DNA of 64,000 nt from Eledone cirrhosa (taxonomy: Eukaryota), in the NCBI GenBank assembly GCA_964016885.1, contig OZ024741.1, positions 405,232,001 through 405,296,000 of the forward strand. Reading direction: 5' to 3'. Positions 28,701-41,955 of this stretch are shown here, piece after piece (position 1 is the first letter of the stretch; each line of letters begins with the position of its first letter). The notes below the pieces were generated by a model. That model made no database searches. It was not told the origin of the DNA and worked only from the letters and a program-made list of their open reading frames with translations. The position numbers and the translations under genes were made by a program.

Positions 28701-31700
28701 AAGTAAGCCCGCTGGCCGTTTTACAAATGAACCGCTAGTTGTATGATGGCGGGGTGCCTTTGGTGAAGTGGAAATCCGAATATCCGCCAAAAAGCTTCAC
28801 CACTGCTGATATATCGACCTGCCAAGTACTCCGAGACCTCGTCCCTGTTATTGTCGTTTTGAAGGCCGAACATGGCAGCGTCGGAACCCTTGTTAACATA
28901 TTTACATATGAACTTTATCGACTTCACTGAATGACAGAACTCCACATTTATATGAGCGTTGAAAGTTTTCATCAGAAATGGACAGTAAGGGACCACCCAC
29001 CTATTATCAACTTGATGACCCCGTAACGTCATAGTGAATCCACCGTTCTCAGGCCGCCTTCGTCTGTACAGTGGGTATCCGTCGCCACCGGTCTGGGTTT
29101 CCTCAACAAACCTCTTTGGGTATCGTTTAGTGCACACATGGTCCTTGTGGCATGAGGAGAACTCTTGAAAACCGGGACCGCACGGACTGTGCACCATGTG
29201 TGCCTTCACAATGTCGTACAGCTGCCGGTCAACCACGGGTTCCGGTATTTCCGCTGCGATGACGTCATATATAACTGTAGGGTCTATTTTGGTGACCAAC
29301 CAAACCAAAATGTGCGCGTGTGGAAACCCTCTCTTCTGCCACATGTGGCACCTAACAGACCCGAAAACCTTCCCTTTTTTTATTAGATCAATTAGCTTAG
29401 CCAGCTTCTGCCTGAAACCCCTGGCAATAATATCATGCCGATTGCAGTACTGCTGCCCTGGGATAAGTTCCCGCGTAACCTCAACCCACTTGGGGTTACA
29501 CGTAAACGTTATGAATAAATCGAGGCGCCCATAATGCCGAACGAATGTCATAGCGTCCTGTGTTCGCTCGTGCATGTACCCCCCCCCCCCCCCCCTCCGT
29601 ATAGGTTGAGGGGAGAATACACATTTTGCCGATGTTCCGGGTTCAGTGTCATTCCTGATGCCGTCACGCAAATGGATGTAGGAGTCTGAGCGCAGCTGTT
29701 TCTGTGACAATTTTATGAAGCACAGTCTCTCCGACTCCATCTTTGCAGCCATGTCAACTGCAAACGGGTGAAACAGTTCCCGTGACCTGTGCAGGGTGCT
29801 GAAATCGTTAGGCCTCGTCATGAAGCGGTATGAGTATAAAGCCATGCATGAAACAGCTTTAGATATCGCAGCAGTGGGCTTGTTTGGTTTGCGCTGAGGA
29901 ATGCCGAAATGGTACCCGTCTTCTCTGTATGCAAAAAGAAGGGGATACTGCAGGGCGTCGCATGTACGATGCGTCTCATTAATACGTCGAAGACCACTGT
30001 CACGACTTTGAAGAACTATGTCTCGTTTATTGTGCTGTTCACCATGGATAACTACGGCCACTTAATTGCATGAAGGAGCGTTATAACGGCGTGCGTGCTC
30101 CCCAGAAGGTCTTTTGTCAGCATCGATGATAATGGTGAAGTTTGGTGAAGGATTTGTTTCCAATGCGTATTTGAAACTGCGAATATAACTGTTGCGCTCA
30201 TGAAGCATGTTTTGAAGACTGAGCAGCACGTCCCTTTCAATATTGTCAGCGTCAGTGTTTGCAGGTGTTGGAATAACGCCGAACCGCGCATCAACTTGCC
30301 TACTGTAGTTAGAAATGAAGTAAATTTGAAGAAACGAAGGCTTGCAATTTTGTAGTGGCTGGAGCGACCCAATAAGATGGTACACCTGCCCCTGGACCTT
30401 GAAAGTAGGCATCCAACCACTTTCTCTGACAACGTTAGCTCCGAAAGAAGTCATTTGAAACGCACAATTGTACTTCCTGGCGAGTTGAAGGAATTTGGAT
30501 GACATTGAGGTAGAACCAGTAAGTAGTTCCTTCAAAGGCTCTGGTGGTTCCCCAAGAGGGGGAAAGCTGACCTTACCGTTTAAGCAGCACATTGCAGGTG
30601 GCTCCCCAGCCCACTTTTTAGCATTGCAGAATTTGCAATTGAAGCGCATTTCCCCTATATTTATGTCGGCACGCATCGAGTAGTTAACGCTGGGCTCATA
30701 CTTGAAAGCCCGTAGGTGCCAGTATGGGCTGTTGGGGCTCGTCACACCGCGGGCAGCTTCTTGTCGTCGACTGTTCCGCTCCAAGGTAGAATGTTGCTCC
30801 TGTGGGTCGTGGGAAGCTCTCGCAGCAGTAGCAGAAGCCACCTTTGCAATCCTAGTGGAGCGCCCGTCTGCATCTTCAGAAGCCATGGAAGCAGTCATAG
30901 CCGCAGCGTTCCTAGCAAGGCGATTCGTCCGCCGTTACAAACCTTCCAAAGCCCTGGAAGCAGCAGTAACCGCAGCGTTTCTATTCAGTCGAGCCGCCCT
31001 TTATTCCGGGCCCTCTGAAGCCCTAGAAGCAGCAGTAGCAGCAGCGTTTCTATTCAGGCGAGTCGACCTTTGTTCCGGGCCCTCTGAAGCCCTGGAAGTA
31101 GCAGTAGAAGCCTTTTATTTGGAATGACGTATCGCCCGCTCCGAATCGCACATCGCAGCACGTCTCGAGGCGTCGTATGACGCCATGTTGGCTAGGCGTG
31201 CGGTGCGTTGTTGAAAACTTTCTGCAGCTCTGCATTCCGCTGAACGTAAGGCGCTCTGTGAACGTCTTAAAGCAGTTTCCTCGGGGGGCTCGTTTGCTGT
31301 AATCGCCCTCTGCGCTGCCGCTGACGCGGTATGGCGACCGAGGCGACTTCTCTATTTAGGTGACATTTTATGTGAAAAAGAAAGGGTGAAAGTTACTTCT
31401 ACAGCAAAATTGCCTTTGAAAGTATAAGGCTGAAAACTGTCTGCGTTCCGCAGGGGAAAAAATGGGAGAACGAACGGCAAATAAATAACTCACAGTTTGT
31501 TGAAAGCGCGCTTCTGTCAGCAATTTGAAGTTGTTTGGCTAAAAATCCCTATTTGTTTGTTTTTTTCACTCAATAAACGTGTCGATATGTTATACACAAA
31601 TTGTAATTGTGTGAAATTATTAAGGAGTAGGTTTATAAGCGTATATAAGAGATGTAAGTGTCATGTATTTAACGTTTGTCTCTGTCTCTCTGGCTACCTC

Positions 31701-32021
31701 CTTTATTTTTTTTCTCTCTCTCTAAAGGAAATTATTAAGGAGTGGGTTTATAAGCGTATATAAGAGAAGGTTGCAGTATGTATGGGAGTTAGGTAGATTT
31801 AATCAGATTGTATTAGAGGGGTAAAGCGTCATGTATTTAGTTTTATCGATTATTTCCGTAATTGTGGGTGAGGTTGAAATAAATAAATAATTGTTGACCT
31901 ACGTTAGACCATTTACAACTTTCTTACAGACTTTGAGTCGAATCGGTTTTAAATTGTGCAAATGTATAAACATGGAAAATGCGCGCACACACACACACAA
32001 CAACAACCTGCATTTTATAGA
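25765..32021 (-). mobile_element. Full-length decayed Helitron (~6.26 kb)
   Basis: Minus strand begins A|TCTATAAAATG at 32021 and ends hairpin...CTAG|T at 25765. This is the canonical TC/CTRR pair inserted between A and T with no TSD, and it encloses a RepHel frame. Confidence 0.92.
26583..31366 (-). pseudogene. Helitron Rep/PIF1 helicase (RepHel) pseudogene
   Basis: ATG at 31366 is in frame with ORFs 30062-30898 and 28721-30061 through premature stops. Contains a Zn finger (CKFC...CC), FITFTCNPKW, HUH motif PHAHIL, KFICKYVNKG, and a frameshifted helicase ending IVYKVL* at 26583. Confidence 0.93.
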
Positions 32022-32028
32022 TAATGAT

Positions 32029-32232
32029 ATAGGAAAAGAGTCAGGACTCCGACGGCTAAGCTCTGGCCGTTTCGACAGCTAGATCCGAACTCGGAGTTCA
32101 GATCTAGCTGTCGAAACGGCCAGAGCTCAGCCGTCGGAATCCTGACTCTTTTCCTATTACCCACTCTACTATCCTAAGTATTGAGTACTCTGGTGCGTTA
32201 CGGCCCACCTGGTATCTTACCACACCTTTGTT
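32029..32232 (+). mobile_element. Fold-back PLE pLTR-like element, family F1 (3' half of a hammerhead)
   Basis: Inverted repeat 32029-32157, then stem II-GAAA-CGGC..GCCG-TC. The tail is shared with 43266 and 54322, and it ends in (TA)n. Confidence 0.7.
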
Positions 32233-32358
32233 ATATATATATATATATATATATATATGAATTATTTCCGTAGGAAGGGTAAAGGAAAAGAGAGTGCTCT
32301 ATGTAAGCTACAGAGCTATTTAGTTATGTAATAAACAAGGTTTATTATATATATATTA

Positions 32359-32930
32359 TATGTATACAGACGTACAGTATATATATACATGCTACTGTAC
32401 GTCTGTATACATATATGTATGTACGTATACATACTTATATTTAAATAACAGCCGTACTAAGAGTGAGAAATGAAATTTCGTTTCATTTTTTTCCGTTTAT
32501 CGTTTTCGGTGCGCCCGGCTGATTAACTCACTCGATATGCAAATTAGGCTGCTCAGCCGTTAATGTGCATAAGGAAAGTATATACTTTCAGACGTTCAAT
32601 CATCTGGCAGGAAGGTATACGGTGCTGACGATAGCTAATAAGCTTGAAACTAGTACATCATTCCTTTGTCAGTGTTGAACAAATGAGCAACGATGGTTGC
32701 TAGACACTGTACGGCTTAATTCGGGATGTTTGCTTACAAACACACCGAGCATTATAATAAATGTTCGGTAAATCCATACGTACATATATATATGTGTGTG
32801 CATGTATGTATATATATACATACTACTGTACGTCTGTATGCATATATGTATGTACGTATAGATACTTATATTTAAGTAACAGCCGTACTAAGAGTGAGAA
32901 ATGAAATTTCGTTTCATTTTTTTCCGTTTA
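32359..32930 (+). mobile_element. Partial-tandem PLE pLTR-like unit (~431-bp period) with a short 5' inverted piece
   Basis: Direct repeat 32392-32499 / 32823-32930, inverted piece 32359-32379, and an internal HHR. Confidence 0.65.
32621..32659 (+). ncRNA. Minimal type I hammerhead ribozyme
   Basis: GGTG-CTGACGA-T-AGCT(AATA)AGCT-T-GAAA-CTAG-TA-CATC: intact core, palindromic stem III, stem I GGTG/CATC. Confidence 0.82.
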
Positions 32931-33088
32931 TATATATATATATATAGAATCGGCCATTTGACTAGAAGCAGTGAGAATTTCAGTACATAGAATCCAGTCC
33001 TCGCCAGCTGTTCTTTCTACCGAATTATTATTATTTTTATATGAGCCGCCAGTGTCCGCGCATTGCCTGGAGACTCAGCTGAGAATAG

Positions 33089-33170
33089 ACTCCCTGATGA
33101 CGCAATGAATTCTCGACAGTTGGATTACGTAACTGTCTTTATCCCATTGCAGAAACTAATTAGTTGGAGT
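33089..33170 (+). ncRNA. Type I hammerhead ribozyme with extended stem II
   Basis: ACTCC-CTGATGA-c-GCAATG..(GACAGTT/AACTGTC)..CATTGC-a-GAAA-CTAATTAG-TT-GGAGT. Confidence 0.88.
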
Positions 33171-33642
33171 GAAAATTTAAGTAAGTAAGTAAAAAATGTT
33201 TTAAAAATTTTTTTTAAAATACTTTCTTATTTTACGTCTTTTATATTGTTGTTCTGCACCCTCCTGCATTGAACCACCTAGGTACTATGACATAACTTGT
33301 GTATTTGCTGGCATGGACGTGCATCTGTGCGCCTATGTTAGTTGATATATTAAATTATCTATATTTATCTCCAAATCACTGATTTGTCGAGCAAACCTGC
33401 CAAAACCACTTCTAAATTTTTTTGGGGTGTTAGTAGGCGTCAGTCATCTTACCATCCCATTCCTTCTAACTAGCCTCTGTGTCACGTGATTGATTCTTTA
33501 GAATCGGCCATTTGACTAGAAGCAGTGAGAATTTCAGTACATAGAATCCAGTCCTCGCCAGCTGTTCTTTCTACCGAATTATTATTATTTTTATATGAGC
33601 CGCCAGTGTCCGCGCATTGCCTGGAGACTCAGCTGAGAATAG

Positions 33643-33724
33643 ACTCCCTGATGACGCAATGAATTCTCGACAGTTGGATTACGTAACTGTCTTTATCCCA
33701 TTGCAGAAACTAATTAGTTGGAGT
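33643..33724 (+). ncRNA. Type I hammerhead ribozyme (second tandem copy)
   Basis: Same sequence as 33089-33170 at +554. Confidence 0.88.
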
Positions 33725-33907
33725 GAAAATTTAAGTAAGTAAAAAATATTTTTTAAATTTTTTAAAAAATATTTTCTTATTTTACGTCTTTTATATTATT
33801 GTTCTGCACCCTCCTGCATTGAACCACCTAGGTACTATGACATAACCTGTGTATTTGCTGGCATGGACGTGCATCTGTGCGCCTATGTTAGTTGATATAT
33901 TAAATTA

Positions 33908-35170
<1,263 letters not shown>

Positions 35171-35184
35171 ATATATATATATGA

Positions 35185-35500
35185 GAGACGTAAAATAAGA
35201 AAATTATAAAATTAACTTACTTACTAAAATTTCACTCCCAACTAATTAGTTTCTGAAAGGGAATAAACATACTTTCCGAAGAAGTGTACAGAGAAGCCTT
35301 TCGTCATCAGGGAAGTCTATTCTCAGCTAAGTTTCCAGGCAATACGTGGACACTGGGAACTTATACAAAAATAATTCAGTGGATGGAAAAAAGCAAAGCG
35401 TGGACTGAATTCCTAGCCATTGAGAAAATCACTGCCTACTGCGTCGGTGGCAAATTCAAAAGAATCAATCACGTGACATCGAGGTCAATCAGTGGAAAGT
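35185..35500 (-). mobile_element. Diverged inverted relative of the 554-bp unit
   Basis: Reverse complement shares TCACGTGATTGATTCTTT, GCAGTGA, CCAGTGTCC, CCTGG..GCTGAGAATAGACT and CTTATTTTACGTC. Confidence 0.85.
35234..35316 (-). ncRNA. Type I hammerhead ribozyme (covariant copy)
   Basis: Minus strand reads ACTTCC-CTGATGA-c-GAAAGG...CCTTTC-a-GAAA-CTAATTAG-TT-GGGAGT. Confidence 0.85.
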
Positions 35501-35592
35501 GGTTTGTTAAGAAGACAGCAGCCTGACTGTTACCATAGCAGCAGTCTTGGCCAATTTTGCTCGACAAATAATTTGGAGATAATAATGAAGAA

Positions 35593-36662
35593 TTGGTTGG
35601 TTGATTGGTTGATTGGTTGGTTGGTTGGATGGTTGGATGTTTGAATGGATGGTTGGTTGGTTGGAGGGATGGTTGGCTGGTTGATTGATTGGCTGGTTGG
35701 TTGGTTGGTTGGTGGGCTGGTTGGTTGGTTGGTTGGCCGATTGGTTGGTTGATTGGCTGGTTCGTTCGTTCGTTCTTTGGTTGGCTGGTTTGTTGGTTGG
35801 TTGATTGGTTGGCTGGTTGGTTGATTACTTGCTTGCATGGCTGATTGGCTGGTTTGTCGATTGGCTGGTTGGCTAGTTGGCTGGTTGTTTAGTTGATTGG
35901 TTGGCTGATTGGCTGGTTGGTTGGTCGTCTGGCTGGTTGATTGGTTGGTTGGTTGGTTGGTTGGTTGGTTGGTCGGCTATTGGTTGGTTGGTCGGCTATT
36001 GATTGGTTAGTTGGCTGGCTGGGTTAGTTGGTTGGCTGGTTGGTTGGTTGTCTGATTGGTTGGTTGTTTGGCTGGTTGGTTGGCTGTGTGGTTGGTCGTC
36101 TGGCTGGGGTGATTGGTTGGTTGGTTGGTTGATTGGTTGGCTAGTTGGTTGGTTGGCTGGTTGGTTGGTTGGCTGGTTGGTTGGTTGGTTGTCTTGTTGG
36201 TTGGTTGGTTGGCTGATTGGTTGGTTGGTTGATTGGTTGGTTGGTTGGTTGGCTGTTGGTTGGTTGGATAGTTGGATGGTTGGATGGCTGGTTGGATGGT
36301 TGGTTGGCTGTTTGGTTGGCTGGCTGGTTGGTTGGTTGGTTGGTTGGTTGGCTGGTTGGTTATTTGCTTGCTTGTCTGCTTTGCTGGTTAGTTGGCTGAT
36401 TGGCTCGTTGGCTAGTTGGCTGGCTGGTTTGTTGGTTGGTTGGCTGGTTGTTGGCTGGTCGGCTGGTTGGCTGGTTGCTTGGTTGCTGCTTGGCTGGTTG
36501 GTTGGTTGGTTGGTTGGTTGGTTGGTTGGTTGGGTAGTTGTCTGATTGGTTGGTTGGCTGCTTGGCTGGTTGGTTGATTGGTTGGCTGGTTGGTTGTTTG
36601 GTTGGTTGCCTAGGTGGTTAGTTGGCTGGTTGCTGCTTGGCTGGCCAGTCGGTTGGTTGGTG
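35593..36662. repeat. Degenerate (TTGG)n/(CTGG)n microsatellite
   Basis: Direct reading. Confidence 0.95.
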
Positions 36663-36711
36663 AAAGATCTTTTACCTTATATGCGCAGTAAGAATTCATC
36701 TTCATATATAA

Positions 36712-37770
36712 AGAAGATGAGGAAGAGGAGGAGGAGGAGGAGGAGGAGGAGGAGGAGGAGGAGGAGGAGGAGGAGGGGGAGGAGGAGGAGGAGGAGGAGG
36801 AGGAGGAGGAGGAGGAGGAGGAGGAGGAGGAGGGGGAGGAGGAATGGGAAATGGAGGGGGTATTAAAGATGCTGCTGATGACAATTTAGACGATCATTAC
36901 GACAATGTTGCTGCTGATAGTAATGGTAATGGTGATGGTGATGACTGATGATGGTGATGATGGTGGTGGTGGTGATGGTGGTGGTGGTGGTGGTGGTGGT
37001 GGTGGTGGTGGTGGTGGTGGTGGTGGTGGTGGTGGTGGTGGTGGCGGCGGCGGTGGTGGTGGTGGTGGTGGTGGTGGTGGTGGTGGTGGTGGTGGCGGCG
37101 GCGGTGGTGGTGGTGGTGGTGGTGGTGGTGGTGGTGGTGGTGGTGGTGATGATTGTGATGATGATAGTGATGGCGGTGGTGGTGGTGGTGGTGGTGGTGG
37201 TGGTGGTGGTGGTGGTGGTGGTGGTGGTGGTGGTGGTGTTGGTGGTGGTGGTGGTGGTGGTGGTGGTGATGATGATGATTGTGATGATGATAGTGATGGC
37301 GATGGTGGTGGTGGTGGTGGTGGTGGTGGTGGTGGTGGTGGTGGTGGTGGTGGTGGTGGTGGTGGTGGTGGTGGTGTTGGTGGTGGTGGTGGTAGTAGTG
37401 GTGGTGGTGGTGGTAGTGGTGGGGGTGGTAGTGGTGGTGGTGGTGGTGGTGGTGGTGGTGGTGGTGGTGGTGGTGGTGGTGGTGGTGGTGGTGGTGGTGG
37501 TGGTGTTGGTGGTGGTGGTGGTAGTAGTGGTGGTGGTGGTGGTAGTGGTGGGGGTGGTAGTGGTGGTGGTGGTGGTGGTGGTGGTGGTGGTGGTGGTGGT
37601 GGTGGTGGTGGTGGTGGTGGTGGTGGTGATGGTGATGATGATAAAGAGGAAGAGGAGAGAGAAGTAGAAAGAATTATCTGTAGTACATATCGTTAGTGCT
37701 ACATGTTAATGTCAAAGGAAACGTCTGTTGTTGCTGTTGTTGTCATTGTTGTTGTTGTCACTGTTGTCAC

Positions 37771-37804
<34 letters not shown>

Positions 37805-37832
37805 GTTGTTATTGTTGTTGTCACTGTTGTTG
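36712..37832. repeat. (GAG)n, (GGT)n/(GAT)n and (TTG)n microsatellite cluster
   Basis: Direct reading. Confidence 0.95.
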
Positions 37833-37844
37833 TTTAGCCCTAGA

Positions 37845-38030
37845 CCAGCTCTAAGGGCTACCTCCTTACTCACCACCATAGGCGCTGAGCTGGCCAGCCG
37901 CAGGTGTGAGCCCCGCGAGTTGGAGTGGCTTTTCCAGCGCGTCTCCCTTGCCGTCCTCCAGGGAAACACCTTCTCCATTCTGTCCGCCGGGGCTGTGGGT
38001 GGGCCCCAACGCGTACCAATACATTAGTTA
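37845..38030 (+). mobile_element. CRE-like (restriction-endonuclease-type) non-LTR retrotransposon 3' fragment
   Basis: Translation LLTTIGAELASRRCEPRELEWLFQRVSLAVLQGNTFSIL resembles the CRE C-terminal motif FQRISLAxQRGNAxSIL. It is a GC-rich island within simple repeats. Confidence 0.7.
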
Positions 38031-38224
38031 CATATATAATCAGTGTTCAGAGTCGTGATTATTACATCTTTTTTCTTCCTTTATTTATACACAATATATT
38101 CAATGATTTTTTTAAGAGAAAGTAGCTGCTATTTCTAGCATGTGGATTGACCACCTGTAGGTGGAGCTGATAGCCTAGGTGTCACACTTCAGAACTAACA
38201 TTCTCTCTACATTGTGTTTCTCGT

Positions 38225-40031
38225 CACCAACAACACCACCAACACTACCACCTCCACTACCACCACTACCAACACCACCAACACCACCACCACTACTACT
38301 ACCACCACTACCAGCACCACCACCGTCACCAACACCACTACTACTACCACTACAACCACCACCAACAACAACGCTACGAACACCACTACTGCCATAACCA
38401 CTACCAACACCACTACCACCAACGACACAACCACCATCACTACCACCACTACCACCACCGCTACCACCACTACTAACACCACAACCACCACCACTACCAC
38501 CACGACCACCTTTACTACCACCACCATTACTACCACCACCACTACCACCAACAACACTACCAACACCACCACCACGACCACTACTACCACCACAACCATT
38601 ACCACCACCACTACTAACACCACTACCACCACCACTACCACCCCCACCACTACCACCACCACCACCACTACTACCACCACCATTACTACCACCACTACCA
38701 CCAACAACACTACCAACACCACCACCACCACTACCACCACCACTACCACCACCACTACTACCACCACCACCACCACCACTACCACCACCACCATCAACAA
38801 CACTACCAACACCACCAGTACCACCACCACCACTACCACCACCACCACTACCACCACCACCAACACCACTACCACCACCACCATTACCACTACCACTACC
38901 ACCACCACCACTACCACCAAAAATACTACCAACACCACCACCACCACTACCACCACCACCATTACCACCACCACTACCACCACCACCACTACCACCACCA
39001 CCACTACCAACACCACCACCACCACCACTACCACCACCACCATTACCACCACCACTACCACCACCACCACTACCACCACCACCACTACCAACACCACCAC
39101 CACCACCACTACCACCACCACCATTACCACCACCACCAATACCACCACCACTACCACCACCACCACAAACACCACTACCTCCACCACTACTACCACCACC
39201 ACCATTACCACCACCACAACCACCACCACCACTACCACCATAACCACCAAACTACCAACACCACCAACACCACCACTACCACCACCACCACTACCACCAC
39301 CACTACCACCACCACCACTACCACCACCACCACCACCACCACTACCACCACCACCATTACCACCACCACTACCACCACCACTACTAACACCACTACCACC
39401 ACCACTACTACAACCACCACCACTACCACCACCACTACCACCACCACCACTACCACCACCACCACTACCACCACCACTACCACCAACAACACCACCACCA
39501 CCACCACCACCACCACCAATACCACCACCATTACTACCACCACCATTACTAACACCACTACCACCGCACTACCACCACCACCACTACTACCACCACCATT
39601 ACTACCACCACCACTACCAATAACACAAATAACACCACCACCACCACCACCACCACCACTACCACTACCACCACCGCCACTACTAACACCACTAACAACA
39701 CCACGACGACCACCACCACTACCACCACCACCAGCACCACCACTACCACCACCACCAGCACCACCATTACTACCACTACCACTACCAATAACACACCCCT
39801 ACCACCAACAACACTACCAACACCACCACCACTACCACTACCACCACCACTACCACCACCATTACCAATAACACAAACAACACCACCACTACCACCAACA
39901 ACACTACCACTAACACCACTACCACCACCACCACCACCATCACTACCACTACCATTAACACCATAAACACCACCACTACCAACACCACTACCACTACCAC
40001 TACCACCACCACAACCACTACTACTACCACT
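38225..40031. repeat. 1.8-kb degenerate (ACC/ACT)n microsatellite
   Basis: Direct reading; changes frame internally. Confidence 0.95.
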
Positions 40032-40355
40032 CTGTATCCATAGATACCAGTATATTTATCACTAGCCGGTTTAGTCTGTCTAGCCTTAAATTAAACAGCT
40101 ATAACATAAAGTCATATGCCTAGTTGGCTTGTATGTGATAGATATGCATGCTAGCAATAGCAGTCAAATCTCATTCTCTCTCTCCCCCCCTCTCTCTCTC
40201 TCTCTCTCTCTAATCCAGGGATTCCCAATGTGGGTCGCAACCCCCATACAGGGCGTGGGGTGCAATTTTAATATCTATGGGCTGGCAATTTGATAATGTT
40301 GTTAATGACAACTAATTTCAGGTTTTACCTTATTAATTTTACACCAAGGTAACTT

Positions 40356-41026
40356 TGGTACACATTACTGTCAAAACTCCTGTCTCACCTCCTCCACATG
40401 TTATTGTACATCTGGCACCACCTATATGGTACACCACATTACTGTCAGAAACTCTTGTCTCACCTCCACCACATGTTATTGTACATCTGGCACCACCTAT
40501 ATGGTACACCACATTACTGTCAGAAACTCTTGTCTCACCTCCACCACATGTTATTGTACATCTGGCACCACCTATATGGTACACCACATTACTGTCAGAA
40601 ACTCTTGTCTCACCTCCACCACATGTTATTGTACATCTGGCACCACATATATGGTACACCACATTACTGTCAGAAACTCTTGTCTCACCTCCACCACATG
40701 TTATTGTACATCTGGCACCACCTATATGGTACACCACATTACTGTCAGAAACTCTTGTCTCACCTCCACCACATGTTATTGTACATCTGGCACCTCCTAT
40801 ATGGTACACCACATTACTGTCAGAAACTCTTGTCTCACCTCCACCACATGTTATTGTACATCTGGCACCTCCTATATGGTACACCACATTACTGTCAGAA
40901 ACTCTTGTCTCACCTCCACCACATGTTATTGTACATCTGGCACCACCTATATGGTACACCACATTACTGTCAGAAACTCTTGTCTCACCTCCACCACATG
41001 TTATTGTACATCTGGCACCTCCTATA
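40356..41026. repeat. 75-bp minisatellite, ~9 copies
   Basis: Unit TGGTACACCACATTACTGTCAGAAACTCTTGTCTCACCTCCACCACATGTTATTGTACATCTGGCACCACCTATA. Confidence 0.97.
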
Positions 41027-41299
41027 CCCCAATTTGTTTACATTTTGCAGCTGATGATCACTGATTTCCTATCAAAGAGGTGGGGGACATAACAATATTT
41101 AAGATGCTGAGATGCTGAGGTGAGGCATGGCACACAAAAGGCTGGAAACCACTGCTCTAATCCCATTAACATGTTAAAAAGTTGGGGGAAGGACACTTTA
41201 AACAGTATAATCCCCGGGGCAGTGTGTCTGGTGGTGGGGAGACGAGGTGGTAATGGCTAGTACACTTTTGATTAGTCATCTTAACCTAGAAATAAAGGG

Positions 41300-41635
41300 C
41301 AAAAGGTAAAGACCCCCTTCGGTCAGGAATGACCCTGGGATTAGCACCTAGAAAGTTCGCCTCCGAGACACAAGTCCAGGCAAGGTGTGTTTTGTGGAAG
41401 ACCAGCAGTCACCCGTACATACCAGGCTCCCCTCTTCACGTCACCAATGTTGTCCAATGGAAAAATGTTACGGCCAATACAGCTATGCACCAATGACGTC
41501 ACAACATACACTATATATATATATACACACACACACGCACACTATGTACAGTATATATACACTATATATGATGTCCAAATAAAGGTAATGGCCGATACAG
41601 CTGGACACCAGTGACGTCACTACATACACTATATA

Positions 41636-41707
<72 letters not shown>

Positions 41708-41955
41708 ACACACTATATACAGTATATATACACGCTATGTACAGAATATATACACTATATTTGATGCTGTCCAAGGTAAAGGCAATGGACGATACAGCTG
41801 GACACAGATGACGTTACAACACACGTCTACAGCTGAGTAAACTGGAGCAACGTTAAATAAAGTGTCTTGCTGAAGGACACAACACATCACCCGGTCTCGG
41901 AATAGAACTCACAATCTCACGATTGCAAGCCCAACACTGTAACACTTAAGTGTTT
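41300..41955 (-). mobile_element. tRNA-derived SINE with an internally triplicated segment interleaved with microsatellites
   Basis: 41828-41950 is the reverse complement of the SINE at 42175. The TGTCCAA..ATACAGCT..TGACGT block occurs at ~41450, ~41570 and ~41770. Confidence 0.7.

Larger units (their letters stand above)
32946..33912 (+). mobile_element. Tandem 554-bp non-coding unit with one HHR per unit (retrozyme / PLE pLTR-like)
   Basis: 32946-33361 is repeated at 33500-33912. Flanked by (TA)n, no ORF. Confidence 0.8.

Noticed and set aside
35593-36662. Telomere-like G-rich repeat
   Set aside because: The unit is degenerate TTGG, not TTAGGG; an ordinary microsatellite.
38214-39623. Mucin-like poly-Thr/Pro ORF (469 aa); also the poly-Gly, poly-Val and LVGW ORFs at 36003-37696
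   Set aside because: Translations of trinucleotide and tetranucleotide microsatellites, open in several frames, with no signal peptide or domain.
40339-41092. 25-aa repeat ORFs in four frames
   Set aside because: 75-bp minisatellite artefact.
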